Source of the DNA: Neorhizobium sp. UBA3556
GTDB taxonomy: Bacteria; Pseudomonadota; Alphaproteobacteria; Rhizobiales; Rhizobiaceae
Direction: 5' to 3'
NCBI GenBank assembly: GCA_002376235.1
Contig: DFNX01000006.1
Location: forward strand, 235,020-299,019
Length of the DNA stretch: 64,000 bases
Numbering within the stretch: position 1 is the stretch's first letter; each line of letters begins with the position of its first letter. The translations under genes and the position numbers were made by a program. Of the stretch, positions 9,672-19,809 are shown piece by piece. The notes under the pieces are model-generated. The model did no database searches. It worked only from the letters and a program-made list of their open reading frames with translations, and was not told the DNA's origin.

Positions 9672-12041
9672 TCACTGCGACAATGCCGCAGCGCGACGCA
9701 GAGCCCTGGCATTGGCGACGGCCACTTGGCCGAGGGAGATGCCGCCGTCATTGGGTGGAACGGCGCTCTGGTGGTGAACCGCGTAGCCCAGAGACCGCAG
9801 GCGGGCAAGGGTGTTGACGAGCAGAAACTCGTTCAGGAATACGCCGCCGCTCAACACCACCTGCCTTGTGCCAAAGCGTTCATACAGACGCTCGCAGACA
9901 TCGCTGACGATATTGACGACCGTCGAGTGGAAACGGCGGCTGATCCGGGCTGTCGGCACATTCTCTGCCACCCCGTCGACAAGGCACCGAACGATGGGAC
10001 GAAAATCGATTTCCAGTCGTCCCCCTTCGTTGACATGGATGGCGTATTCGAATGGTTCAGCCATCTTGTGATCACGGTCGAGGGGCGCCTCAAGGTCGAT
10101 CGGGCCGTGTCCCTCATATTCGGCAATGTGGCAGAGCCCCAGCAAGGAGGCGACGCCATCGAACAATCTGCCCATGCTGGTATGCGGCATTGCGTTGATA
10201 CGCCTTGAAAACATCGTCTCGAAAATGCGCTTCTGTTGCGTATCGAGAAAGCGTAGTGGAGGCAGGACCGGCGGAAGGGCTTCAAGCGTACCGAATGTGT
10301 CCAGCAGCAATGCGATCGCAGTCCTGACAGGCTCGTGGATGGCCTGGTCGCCTCCCAGCAACAGAGAGGGTCGCAGATGGGCGGCGCGTTCGAAAGTCTC
10401 GTAGTCACCGACGAGAAATTCCCCGCCCCAGATCGTGCCGTCCGTTCCGTAACCGGTGCCGTCGAAAATCACCCCGATAGTCTGTCCGGTCAGTCCGTTT
10501 TCAGCCATGCAGGAGGCCATGTGGGCATGGTGGTGCTGAATGAGTTCGACCGAAAGTGTAGTCTGCGCCAATGCCTCTTGCGTCGCGCGGAACTGAGGAT
10601 GCAGGTCGCAGGCGATCACTTCTGGCCGGATACCGTTAAGGTGCGCAAGTTCACTGGCGATTGTCTGATGGGCTGTAAACGTATCCTCGTTCTTGACGTC
10701 GCCTATATGTTGACTGAGGAAAACCTCGTTGCCACGCGAAACTGCAACCGTCGTCTTCAGTTCTGCCCCGCAGGCGAGAACGGGCGCGCCGGGTTTCCCC
10801 GGCAGATGGATCGGGTTTGGCGCAAATCCCCGGGAGCGCCGCAGAAAGGTGAGGCCTGATCGTCCCGGCTCGTTCACTGGCGATACCCGCATGACGCTAT
10901 CGTCTACGCGGGTGTGAATGTCGCGATCATGCAGCAGGACATAATCTGCGATACGCGTGAGGTCGCGCAGCGCTTCTTCATTGCTGTGGCAGATAGGCTG
11001 GCCGGAGATATTGCCGCTGGTCATCACGATGGCCGACAGGTCAGGCTCTTCAAGAAGCAGGTAATGCAGAGGAGCCGAAGGCAACATGAAGCCGAGCATC
11101 GGGCTCCTTGGCGCGACGGCCTTGGCGATGGCACCATCGGAAAAGCGCGAGAGCAGCACGATCGGGCGGGCGGGCGAGATCAGAACATCGGCCTCATCCG
11201 ATGAAACATGCGCGTAGCGTCTGACGACGTCGATAGTGGGTGCCATGAGGGCAAAGGGCTTGGCGTCCCGCCTTTTTCTTCGCCTCAGTTCACTGACGGC
11301 TCGTTCATCGAAAGGTGTGACGGCGAGATGAAAGCCTCCAACGCTCTTGATTGCGACGATTTTGCCTTCACGCAAGGCCGACCTGACAAAAGATGGAATA
11401 TCGTCGGTTGTGACATCCGCACCGGTATTGTTCACCAGCTGGAGGCGCGGGCCACAGATAGGGCAGGCATTGGGCTGGGCATGAAAACGGCGGTCACCAG
11501 GATCCTCGTATTCACCAAGACATGCCGGGCACATGGCGAAGCTGCTCATGGTTGTCGTTGCACGATCATAGGGCATTCGTTCGATGATCGAGTAGCGGGG
11601 GCCGCAATTGGTGCAGTTGATGAAAGGGTAACGATAGCGGCGATCGGCCGGATCGCGCATCTCATTCAGGCAGTCGCCACAGACGAAAGTGTCGGCAGGT
11701 ATCCACGCGCTTGCCCCTGTCGCGGCTATTCCGCTGGCAACGATCCTGAAGCTCTCGATTATCGAAGAATGCTGTCTGGGCGAAACCTCCAATGAGGCGA
11801 TCTTTGCAAGGGGCGGGTGTTTCTGACGCAGTGCATCGACAAAATCCTCTAGCTGCCGCTGGGATGCTTGTGCGACGATCACCACACCCCTGCCATCGTT
11901 GAGGACCGTTCCGCGAACACCCAATTGCTTCGCCATCCGGTAGACGAAGGGTCTGAAACCAACGCCCTGTACCACCCCCGATACGATGATATCGACGGTG
12001 GTCAATCCGAAGGAGCAGGCTTCCGGTTTTTGGCTATCCAT
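9672..12041 (-). CDS. hypF: Hydrogenase maturation carbamoyltransferase
   Basis: GVVQGVGFRPFVY acylphosphatase domain, zinc fingers CGDC/CTNCGPRY/CPAC/CPICGP, QHHHAH, PPNDGGISLGQ. Confidence 0.97.
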   Translation of the reverse strand: MDSQKPEACSFGLTTVDIIVSGVVQGVGFRPFVYRMAKQLGVRGTVLNDGRGVVIVAQASQRQLEDFVDALRQKHPPLAKIASLEVSPRQHSSIIESFRIVASGIAATGASAWIPADTFVCGDCLNEMRDPADRRYRYPFINCTNCGPRYSIIERMPYDRATTTMSSFAMCPACLGEYEDPGDRRFHAQPNACPICGPRLQLVNNTGADVTTDDIPSFVRSALREGKIVAIKSVGGFHLAVTPFDERAVSELRRRKRRDAKPFALMAPTIDVVRRYAHVSSDEADVLISPARPIVLLSRFSDGAIAKAVAPRSPMLGFMLPSAPLHYLLLEEPDLSAIVMTSGNISGQPICHSNEEALRDLTRIADYVLLHDRDIHTRVDDSVMRVSPVNEPGRSGLTFLRRSRGFAPNPIHLPGKPGAPVLACGAELKTTVAVSRGNEVFLSQHIGDVKNEDTFTAHQTIASELAHLNGIRPEVIACDLHPQFRATQEALAQTTLSVELIQHHHAHMASCMAENGLTGQTIGVIFDGTGYGTDGTIWGGEFLVGDYETFERAAHLRPSLLLGGDQAIHEPVRTAIALLLDTFGTLEALPPVLPPLRFLDTQQKRIFETMFSRRINAMPHTSMGRLFDGVASLLGLCHIAEYEGHGPIDLEAPLDRDHKMAEPFEYAIHVNEGGRLEIDFRPIVRCLVDGVAENVPTARISRRFHSTVVNIVSDVCERLYERFGTRQVVLSGGVFLNEFLLVNTLARLRSLGYAVHHQSAVPPNDGGISLGQVAVANARALRRAAALSQ

Positions 12042-12484
12042 GCGGCAATCCAGGCCCGTGGCATTTCATCTGGCCAGTGGCGAGTATTCAAATCTCGTCA
12101 TTCCAGTAAGACTGCCATGGCTATTATCCTGCTTACGGCCATTCGTTATTGAGCTGACGCAAGCATGGAGCAGATCCGAGGATTTCACTTCAATCCCTCG
12201 TCATCCATTAGCGCATTTGCCGCGTGGCCACACCGCGACAGCTCGAAGCATTGGAAAAGCTTCTCAGAAGCGGGTTCGTTACAACATGTCGATGCCGTCT
12301 CGACAGGATGTCGCTGGCGTTTCGTACACTCATTCTGCGGTAAGACCCCGCAGATTGTCGAGCTTGGGGCAATTGCACGGAGAAAATAATCTATTTTTTC
12401 TGTAGATTTTAAACGCGGTTTTGCCGACTTCGCGCGCCCGGCTGCCTATCATCTCTCCGCTTCGGAACGTCAGCGAGGTCGGTC

Positions 12485-13087
12485 ATGGTCCAGACGCTTA
12501 TAATTCCAGGTTTGAACGGCTCTCCAGATGACCATTGGCAGCGAATATGGGCGAGGGAATATCCGGGTTCGCGCGTAGTCGAGCAGCGGGACTGGTCATG
12601 TCCGGTTCTGGAGGAATGGCAGGCAAGGCTCGATAAGGCGCTTTCGGAAACTGACGGCGCCTTTCTTGTTGCACACAGTCTCGGGTGTCTTCTTGCAGCA
12701 AGCTATGCCGGCCGCGCCGAGGCGGGGCTGATCCGAGGGGCACTTCTCGTTGCGCCATGTTCGCTGGAGACAACTGTCGGCCTGCACCCGTGCATGATCG
12801 ATTTCGGCGCGGAACCGCTGGACAGACTGCCATTTCCAAGTCTTGTCGTCGGTAGCCTCAACGATCCCTATATGAGCGTTCGGAAACTCGAACGCCACGT
12901 GAAGGCTTGGGGCAGTGAGTTGGCCACAATCGGCTTTGCCGGCCACATCAACATCATGAGCGGTTTCGGTCATTGGCCTGAGGGGTATGTTTTTTTCGAA
13001 CACCTCGTCAGGCGTAGCGCGCGGATCAGGCCGTGGCAGCATGGCTCCGCGCCCGGCGCGGCTGCTGCATTCCCGGCAGCATCGTGA
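12485..13087 (+). CDS. RBBP9/YdeN-family alpha/beta hydrolase
   Basis: IIPGLNGS..HWQ, VAHSLG nucleophile elbow, NDPY, GHIN..SGFGHW. Confidence 0.88.
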   Translation: MVQTLIIPGLNGSPDDHWQRIWAREYPGSRVVEQRDWSCPVLEEWQARLDKALSETDGAFLVAHSLGCLLAASYAGRAEAGLIRGALLVAPCSLETTVGLHPCMIDFGAEPLDRLPFPSLVVGSLNDPYMSVRKLERHVKAWGSELATIGFAGHINIMSGFGHWPEGYVFFEHLVRRSARIRPWQHGSAPGAAAAFPAAS

Positions 13088-13191
13088 CCTGTTTGCTCTC
13101 TTCCTGGATTGAAGCATCCCCATAGGTCCTGTATCGAATTCTTTCACTGGGAATTTGATCGCGGTCTATTTCTGGCCGATCTGGACATCCG

Positions 13192-13638
13192 ATGCTGACC
13201 AAAAAGGGAAAATACGGTTTGAAGGCGCTGGTGCATCTGGCGCAGCTCGAACCGGGCAAGACCGCTTTCGTGAGCGAGATTGCCGAGAAAAACAACATTT
13301 CCAAGAAATTCCTCGATGCGATCCTGCTAGAGCTGCGCAAGGGCGGCATTCTGCGATCCAAGAAGGGCCCTGGCGGCGGTTATGCCCTTTCCAAGCCGGC
13401 AGCGGAGATATCGATCGGTCAGGCCGTGCGTATCCTCGACGGGCCGCTGGCGCCAATCCGCTGTGCCAGCAAGACGGCCTTCGAAGCCTGTGACGATTGC
13501 GACGATCCGGATGACTGTCAGGTCAGGCATTCGATGACTGAGGTCAGAGAGGCCATTTCCACCGTGCTCGACACGATGACGCTCGAACAGATGGTCGCCA
13601 AGCGTGGTGCGCCGGCGATCGAGAAACTGGTCCAGTAA
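13192..13638 (+). CDS. Rrf2-family transcriptional regulator with Cys-rich C-terminus
   Basis: MLTKKGKYGLKAL, SKKGPGGGY wing, CAS...CDDC....DC. Confidence 0.92.
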   Translation: MLTKKGKYGLKALVHLAQLEPGKTAFVSEIAEKNNISKKFLDAILLELRKGGILRSKKGPGGGYALSKPAAEISIGQAVRILDGPLAPIRCASKTAFEACDDCDDPDDCQVRHSMTEVREAISTVLDTMTLEQMVAKRGAPAIEKLVQ

Positions 13639-13814
13639 TTCAAAACTGGCCGTTTGGCTTCGGCAGCCTGCCATTCAGGTGAAAATCGCCGATTGCATGG
13701 TGCTTCCAGCGCACCGGATCGTGAATCGTATGTGTGCGGGCGTCGCGCCAGCGGCGGTCGAGGTTCAGGCTTTCGTCGGTGGCCGCTGTGCCGACCGATC
13801 CTGAAGCACAGCGC

Positions 13815-14414
13815 TCAGTCCGGTGCGTTGATTTCCGGTGCAAATCTCGTTGCGTTGAACACTTCCAGCCGTGGTTCGTCCTTCGGGAAAGCAAGGATCG
13901 TCAGGCTTGCCGGTCCGACCGGAATGATGCGCGCCGGTGCCAGTCCCAACACGCTGTCGAGCGCTGCGCGGATGACGCCGCCATGGCAGACCAACAGCAC
14001 CGTTTCCGCGTCTGCGGTGATTGCCCTGTCGAGCGCCTTGCCGACACGGATGCGAAAATCAGCCCAGATCTCGCCATTCTCCGGTGCAAATGTGCCGGCC
14101 CGCCAGCCGCCATAAGCACCCGGTGCATCGGCCATCAGCTGAGCGATTTCCATGCCCGTCCATGCCCCGACATTCTGTTCGCGCAATAGCGGTTCATGCA
14201 CCGCATCTTCATGGCCAAGAAGAGCTGCGGTGTTTGCCGCGCGCTTGAGGTCTGAAGTCATTACCAGCCCGGGATTGAAACTTGCCACCATCGGCGCCAG
14301 TGCGCTCGCCTGTTCTCTGCCACGCGCTGAAAGTTCGATATCGGCCTGTCCCTGTAGGCGGCGGACGGCGTTCCATTCGCTTTCGCCGTGGCGGACCAGA
14401 AGGATGCGTTTCAT
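13815..14414 (-). CDS. Histidine phosphatase (phosphoglycerate mutase-like) family protein
   Basis: LVRHGESEWN, SDLKRA, CHGGVI. Confidence 0.92.
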   Translation of the reverse strand: MKRILLVRHGESEWNAVRRLQGQADIELSARGREQASALAPMVASFNPGLVMTSDLKRAANTAALLGHEDAVHEPLLREQNVGAWTGMEIAQLMADAPGAYGGWRAGTFAPENGEIWADFRIRVGKALDRAITADAETVLLVCHGGVIRAALDSVLGLAPARIIPVGPASLTILAFPKDEPRLEVFNATRFAPEINAPD

Positions 14415-15451
14415 GAGATGCGTGTTCCCTGTTTATCAAAAATTGCCGCCGGGGCAGATGGAAGGCGGAAGCGCAGTTTTCCAGAGGGGCGGGCTACGTG
14501 ATCGGAGACTGCGGTGATGCGAATGCCGTTGATGATGCCGGTCACCAGAAAGCGGCCGGCCATCGGCACAACCTCGACCAGGATCGCCTCGAACGTGCGC
14601 GGCCCTTCCTCATCGGCAAGCGTGATCTGTTCGGCGCGAACCATGGCGTGGCCGGAGTAATCCCGCAGCAGCGGGTCGGGCATGGTGCCGAACCAGTTGC
14701 CGTTTTCGATCGGGATCAGGTTGGCCGCCGGCGTGCCGACGAAGCCGGCAACAAAGGCCGAAGCCGGTTCGGCCAGCAGTCTGTCAGGCGCATCGAACTG
14801 TTCGATACGGCCATTGTTCATCACCGCCACATGGGTCGCCATGGTCATCGCCTCCACCTGATCGTGTGTTACGTAGACGGCGGTCGCGCCCGTCGCGGCG
14901 TGAACTTTCAAAAGTTCGAAGCGCATTTCCACACGCAGCGTCGCGTCCAGATTGGAAAGCGGCTCGTCGAACAGCATCACCTTCGGGCGTGGTGCTATCA
15001 TGCGGGCAAGCGCCACGCGCTGCTGCTGACCACCTGAAATTTCGCCGGGATAGCGATTAGCAAGCTTTTCGATGCCGAGCATCTGCATGGCGTCGAGCAC
15101 GCGGGCGCGGCGTTCCTCTGTCGGCAGCTTGGCCACCTTCAGCGGCCATTCGCTATTGCCGGCCACCGTCATGTGCGGCCACAGCGCATAGGACTGGAAT
15201 ACCAGGCCGGCATTGCGGTCGGCAGGCGGCAACGAAAGGCCTGCCTCGCCATCGGCGACGAGCGTTTGGCCGAACTGCATCTTGCCCGATGTCGGCTGGT
15301 CGAGCCCGGCCAGCATGCGCAGCATCGTGCTCTTGCCGCAGCCGGACGGGCCGAGCAGGACCAGAAACGAACCTTCCGGCACGGAAAAGCTGACATCGGA
15401 AACGGCCGTGGATGTGCCGAAGGATTTTGTGATCTTGTCGAGGGAAATCAC
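14411..15451 (-). CDS. ABC transporter ATP-binding protein
   Basis: Walker [28 protein letters not shown]. Confidence 0.95.
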   Translation of the reverse strand: MISLDKITKSFGTSTAVSDVSFSVPEGSFLVLLGPSGCGKSTMLRMLAGLDQPTSGKMQFGQTLVADGEAGLSLPPADRNAGLVFQSYALWPHMTVAGNSEWPLKVAKLPTEERRARVLDAMQMLGIEKLANRYPGEISGGQQQRVALARMIAPRPKVMLFDEPLSNLDATLRVEMRFELLKVHAATGATAVYVTHDQVEAMTMATHVAVMNNGRIEQFDAPDRLLAEPASAFVAGFVGTPAANLIPIENGNWFGTMPDPLLRDYSGHAMVRAEQITLADEEGPRTFEAILVEVVPMAGRFLVTGIINGIRITAVSDHVARPSGKLRFRLPSAPAAIFDKQGTRIS

Positions 15452-15460
15452 GGTGTGACC

Positions 15461-17188
15461 TCAGTTAAAGGACTGGCGACGACGGCCGCGCAGAAGTGTG
15501 GCGGCACCGGTGGCCAGCATGGAAATGATCAGGATGACCAGCGTCACCGCATTGGCGAACTGGTGGAACCCGTCGGATGCATAGGAATAGGACAAAACGG
15601 CCAGAAGCGGTGAAGTCGGCGTGTAGAGAAGAATGGTTATTGCCAGATCGCCGATGACGTTGACGAAGATGATCAGCAATCCGGCCGCAAGACCACGCGC
15701 GGCAAGCGGCAGGGTGATGGCACCGAGCCTGCGAAAGAAACCGGCGCCGGTCATGCGTGCCGCTTCGTCGATATCGCCCGATATCTGTGAGACCGTCGCC
15801 CGTCCGGTTTGTACCGCGAACGGCAGCATGGCGGCGGTGAGTGCGAGGCCGAGCAGCAGTTTGGTGCCGTAGAGTGCAGGTAGTGGTCCGATCGGCGCGC
15901 CGTAAAGGGCGATATAGGCGGCGGCAAAGGCGATGCCGGGCAAAAGCATGGGCAGAAAGCTGAGCTGCGAAACGAGGTTGCTCAGCACAGGCAGCTTCTG
16001 GCGTGTGAGGGCAACGGCGATCAGGACGCCGACGATATTGGCGGCAAGCGCTACCGAAGCGCCTAGGATCAGCGTTGTCGTCAGCGCCGAGAGAAGTTGC
16101 GGATTGTGAAAGATGCCGGGCTGGCCACGCGCAAAGGCCGGGTTGGCGTCGCCGATCCAGTAATGCAACGTCCAGTCGGAAAAGAGCGCGAGCGAGGAGG
16201 GGGCGAGACTTGCGGCGACGAGCAGCAGGATCGGCAGGATGGTGGTGAGGATGCAGATCGCCCATGCGGCCAGCGCCAGCGGCAGGCGTGCGCTACCGAG
16301 TGCGAAGCGGCGCGGCTTTGCTCCCTTGCCGCCGATCGTCGCAAAGCTGCGGCGGCCGGAAAGCATGCGGTTGCCGAGGCCAAGGAAAACCGCCGAAATT
16401 CCGATCAGCAGGATCGCGAGCACATAACCACGTTCCGTCTGGCCGATCTCGATCATGCCGAACAGGCGGGTGGACAGCGTCTGCATCCTCACCGGCAGGC
16501 CGAGAAGCGCAGGGGCAGCAAAGTTGGAAACGGCGCCAGCAAAGGCAAGCGAACCACCGGCGATGATGGCAGGGGTGACGACCGGTAGCACAATGCCGAA
16601 CAGGATGCGTTTGCGCGAGGCACCGGTCATCTGCGCGGCTTCCACAAGGTCGCCGTTGACGGTGGCAAGTGCCGCGGCGATCACGGTGAAGGCCAGTGCA
16701 TAATAATGGGCGATCAGCACGATGATGGTCGGCGTCATGCCCCAGGACAGCCAGTCCGGCACGGAAAAGCCCAACCCTTCCAGGAGGCCGCCGCCACCAC
16801 CGACGCGGCCGTTGCGAAACACCGTGCCCCATGCAAGCGCTGTGGCAAAGCTCGGGATCATGAAGGGCAGTGTCGCCATGAAAGCGATGGCGGGACGACC
16901 CGGCACATCGGTCATGACAACCAGCCATGCGAGAAAACCGCCGAGCAAAACGCAGCCGCCAGCCACGCCAAGGCCGATGATCATGGTATTGATCGTCGGG
17001 CGCCAGAATAGGTTCTGCGACAGGCGGCTTGCCAGCACATCGCCCCAGGCGGCAGACGATGGATAGAGCGTCTGGACAAGGATCGTCGCAAGCGGTGCCG
17101 CCACCAACACGACGAGCACCAGTGCCATGGCGAGCGTCAGGCCGCGTTTGTTGAGTGCTGAACCGATCGGCCCGAGCGGGGTGGTCAT
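15461..17188 (-). CDS. ABC transporter permease (FbpB-like, two fused modules)
   Basis: Two EAA..GA loops and many TM helices; ATG 17188 follows a GGAG RBS. Confidence 0.9.
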   Translation of the reverse strand: MTTPLGPIGSALNKRGLTLAMALVLVVLVAAPLATILVQTLYPSSAAWGDVLASRLSQNLFWRPTINTMIIGLGVAGGCVLLGGFLAWLVVMTDVPGRPAIAFMATLPFMIPSFATALAWGTVFRNGRVGGGGGLLEGLGFSVPDWLSWGMTPTIIVLIAHYYALAFTVIAAALATVNGDLVEAAQMTGASRKRILFGIVLPVVTPAIIAGGSLAFAGAVSNFAAPALLGLPVRMQTLSTRLFGMIEIGQTERGYVLAILLIGISAVFLGLGNRMLSGRRSFATIGGKGAKPRRFALGSARLPLALAAWAICILTTILPILLLVAASLAPSSLALFSDWTLHYWIGDANPAFARGQPGIFHNPQLLSALTTTLILGASVALAANIVGVLIAVALTRQKLPVLSNLVSQLSFLPMLLPGIAFAAAYIALYGAPIGPLPALYGTKLLLGLALTAAMLPFAVQTGRATVSQISGDIDEAARMTGAGFFRRLGAITLPLAARGLAAGLLIIFVNVIGDLAITILLYTPTSPLLAVLSYSYASDGFHQFANAVTLVILIISMLATGAATLLRGRRRQSFN

Positions 17189-17227
17189 GTCATACTCCAA
17201 AGTAAATGCCGTCGGCGCAAGAGATTG

Positions 17228-17402
17228 CCCTCAACAACAAGATCTACGACTTAGCTGAAGCTAAGTTCGTGATTTTGTATCCTCTCCCGCAAAGGGAGAG
17301 GTAGAGTTGCCGAGATCGCCGCGCGTTACCTCTCCCCTTGCGGGAGAGGAAGCAATTTCAACTCTTAGCGTAGCTAAGTGTTAGAAATTGCAGGTGAGGG
17401 GC
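17228..17402. repeat. Inverted doublet of rhizobial palindromic intergenic repeat (family 1)
   Basis: CCCTCA...CTTAGC..GCTAAG...CCTCTCCCGCAAAGGGAGAGG (17228-17301) faces its inverted mate CCTCTCCCCTTGCGGGAGAGG...GGTGAGGGG (17329-17402). Confidence 0.8.
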
Positions 17403-17432
17403 TAACTCTTCCGCCAGCCCCACCCCAAAAGC

Positions 17433-18545
17433 TCACTGCAGCGCCAGAATGAAATCCGCCACTTCGGCGCGGATTTTTGCAGTCTCTTCCGGTGCCATCT
17501 GCCAGCCCTTAAAGTCGGCAAGCGGAATGGCATCCTTGTGCGGCTTGATGTCGGCGCGGGTCGCCCAGTCGCCGGCCACGTAGAAGGGCTTGAAGCCGTC
17601 ACCGCCGGTTTCGCTCTCGTCACCCATCATGAAATCGACGGCGAGGCGGGCAGCGGCCGGGTTCGCCGGCTTCGGGTTCAGCGCCAGCAGGGCAGGGAAA
17701 ACGATGCCGTTGGATGGCGCCACGTCGTTTGCCACCTGCAGCGCCCAGCCTTCATCCTCGTTGTCGCGACGGTCGGAATAGCTGGTGAAGCCGATCGGCG
17801 GCTTTGCCTGTCCCTTGGCGCCAATCGCCTTGTTCACGTCATCGGTCGAGCCCACCAGAACGAGGTCGTTGCCGAAAAGCTCGGTGATGAACTGCTGGCC
17901 GGCGTTCTGGTTGCCGTCGGTCAATTCGATCTTCTTGCCGAAGGTGGCTTCGTAAGCCGTGGCCATCTCGTCGGATTTCAGCACGATTTCCGTCATCAGG
18001 TCGAGATAATCGCCGCGCTGCAGCGGATCGACCATGATCACGCGGCCCTTCCATTCCGGCTTGGTCAGGTCCCAGAGGTTCTTGACCGGCGAGCCGTCTG
18101 GATGGGCTTCCTCGTTGTACATCAGTACCTTGGTGGAAAGTCGCTGGGCCAGAAGCGGCGATTTGAACTGGTCTTCAAGATCACCTGCAACGCGCGGCGG
18201 CACGTAAGGCGCGACCAGCTTGTTGGCGAAGAGCTCGGTCAAAACGACTGGCGCATCGGAAATGTAGATCACGTCGGCACCCGCAAGGCCCGCTTGCGCC
18301 TCGCTCTTGATGCGGGCGATCTGTTCGGTCGACGACATGTCGAAGGTCACCATGTCGATGCCCGGATATGCGGCTTCGAATGCCTTCTCGACACGGCCGA
18401 TACGGCTGGTGAACGCGTAAACCGTTACCTTTCCTTCTTGGCGTGCCTGCGGCAGCAGGTCGGCGGCGGACTTGGTGTCTAGGTCTTGCGAAAAGGCGGC
18501 AGTGGTCATCAGAAATGCAGCGGTTGCGGTCAGGATGCGGCGCAT
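17433..18545 (-). CDS. ABC transporter substrate-binding protein
   Basis: Signal peptide, A.QEGKVTVY and DL..PEWKG motifs of iron/thiamine/phosphate-ester class SBPs; operon context. Confidence 0.88.
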   Translation of the reverse strand: MRRILTATAAFLMTTAAFSQDLDTKSAADLLPQARQEGKVTVYAFTSRIGRVEKAFEAAYPGIDMVTFDMSSTEQIARIKSEAQAGLAGADVIYISDAPVVLTELFANKLVAPYVPPRVAGDLEDQFKSPLLAQRLSTKVLMYNEEAHPDGSPVKNLWDLTKPEWKGRVIMVDPLQRGDYLDLMTEIVLKSDEMATAYEATFGKKIELTDGNQNAGQQFITELFGNDLVLVGSTDDVNKAIGAKGQAKPPIGFTSYSDRRDNEDEGWALQVANDVAPSNGIVFPALLALNPKPANPAAARLAVDFMMGDESETGGDGFKPFYVAGDWATRADIKPHKDAIPLADFKGWQMAPEETAKIRAEVADFILALQ

Positions 18546-18627
18546 GGACGTGGCTCCGTTGTTGGGTTCGGAGTGTCATGTAAGGTGTTCTTGCTACAGT
18601 TTTGTGACGTGCAAGTTTTCTTGCAAT

Positions 18628-19485
18628 TCAGCTTTCGAATTTTGCAATCAGGTCGCCCAGACGGTCGAGCGTGGTGAGCGCATCCGGGCCTCTGCGTTCC
18701 GCCAGCGCCAGAATGACGGCATTGCAGATCGCCATGGGCACGGTGAGGGTCTGAAAACTGTCCGGCATGCCGGCACGGGGGGCGGAAAGAAGGACGTCAG
18801 GGCTTGGGCTGAGCGATGGGCCGATCGTGCCGGATACCACGATCGTGCGCGCTTTCGTTTCAGCCGCCACCTGCATCAGCCTCTGATAATCCGGTGGCTG
18901 GCGGCGAAATGCAAAGAGGAGGAGGGCGTCGTCGGCCGAGAGCGTCAACATCTGTTCGGCGAGATCGCGCGGACTGCCGGAAAGTGGATGGCTATCTATG
19001 CCAAGGCGCCGCAATCGTCGCTCCATCAGAACGGACAAAACCTCGGCGTTACCGTGGCCGTAGATGAATACGCGCCGGCAATCGAGCTTTTCTGCCGCTT
19101 CGAGAATGCGTGCATCGGAAATATGGTCGGTCATCGCCGTCAGCGCAGAAAGCTCGCTTGCTACCAGCAGCGGCAGAAAGCCTTTGGCACGGGCATCGTT
19201 CAGCGTTGCGGAAATACGCTCGGCGGGGTCTGCAACTTTCAGGAACTCGTGGCGCAGTCCATCGCGAAATTCGGCATAGGAAGCGAAACCCAGCTTGCGT
19301 GCGAGACGCGAAGTTGTTGCTTCGTGCACACCGATCCGGGCTGCGAACTCGCTGGATGTACCGATCGCCACATCACGCGGCGCTCGCATAAGTTCGGAAA
19401 TCAGCTTCTGCTCGGTCAGGGTCAGGCTGCCCGCTATCGCTTGCACGCGTTCCACTATTGTTTTTCGAGAGTCAATTTTCGACAT
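18628..19485 (-). CDS. MurR/RpiR-family transcriptional regulator
   Basis: N-terminal HTH (VHEATTSRLARKLGFASYAEF) plus SIS domain. Confidence 0.9.
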   Translation of the reverse strand: MSKIDSRKTIVERVQAIAGSLTLTEQKLISELMRAPRDVAIGTSSEFAARIGVHEATTSRLARKLGFASYAEFRDGLRHEFLKVADPAERISATLNDARAKGFLPLLVASELSALTAMTDHISDARILEAAEKLDCRRVFIYGHGNAEVLSVLMERRLRRLGIDSHPLSGSPRDLAEQMLTLSADDALLLFAFRRQPPDYQRLMQVAAETKARTIVVSGTIGPSLSPSPDVLLSAPRAGMPDSFQTLTVPMAICNAVILALAERRGPDALTTLDRLGDLIAKFES

Positions 19486-19721
19486 GGTGGCTCCGCACGC
19501 TTTGGCTCCACCTTTCGGCTATCGCGGCACGGCAGCAAAATCAACACGGGTGGCGGGAGCGGTTGAAGTCACCGATCCTAGAATTCGGATTTGGCTGCGT
19601 TTTCATGCGCGTCCGAAGCCGAACTTGAACAAATTCTCCAAAAGCTTCACGGCCTCCGCCGCGAAAGCCAGGCAGCGCGAGACCTACATGCGGCAATCGA
19701 CAGCATGATCGTCGGTGTTTT

Positions 19722-19745
19722 CATTATATCTGGCAAAATATAACG
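19722..19745 (+). promoter_or_regulatory. ModE/Mop-type Mo-box upstream of modA
   Basis: CATTATAT-CTGGCAAA-ATATAACG resembles the CGTTATAT-Nn-ATATAACG inverted repeat. Confidence 0.65.
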
Positions 19746-19809
19746 CTGGCCAAAAAGATCACTATCAATATATTTCGCTCAATATTTCGCATATCGAGGG
19801 AGTCTCACA

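Noticed and set aside
12287..12305. Third CooA box upstream of hypF (TGTCG...CGACA)
   Set aside because: The spacer is 9 nt rather than 6, and the site is far from the start codon.
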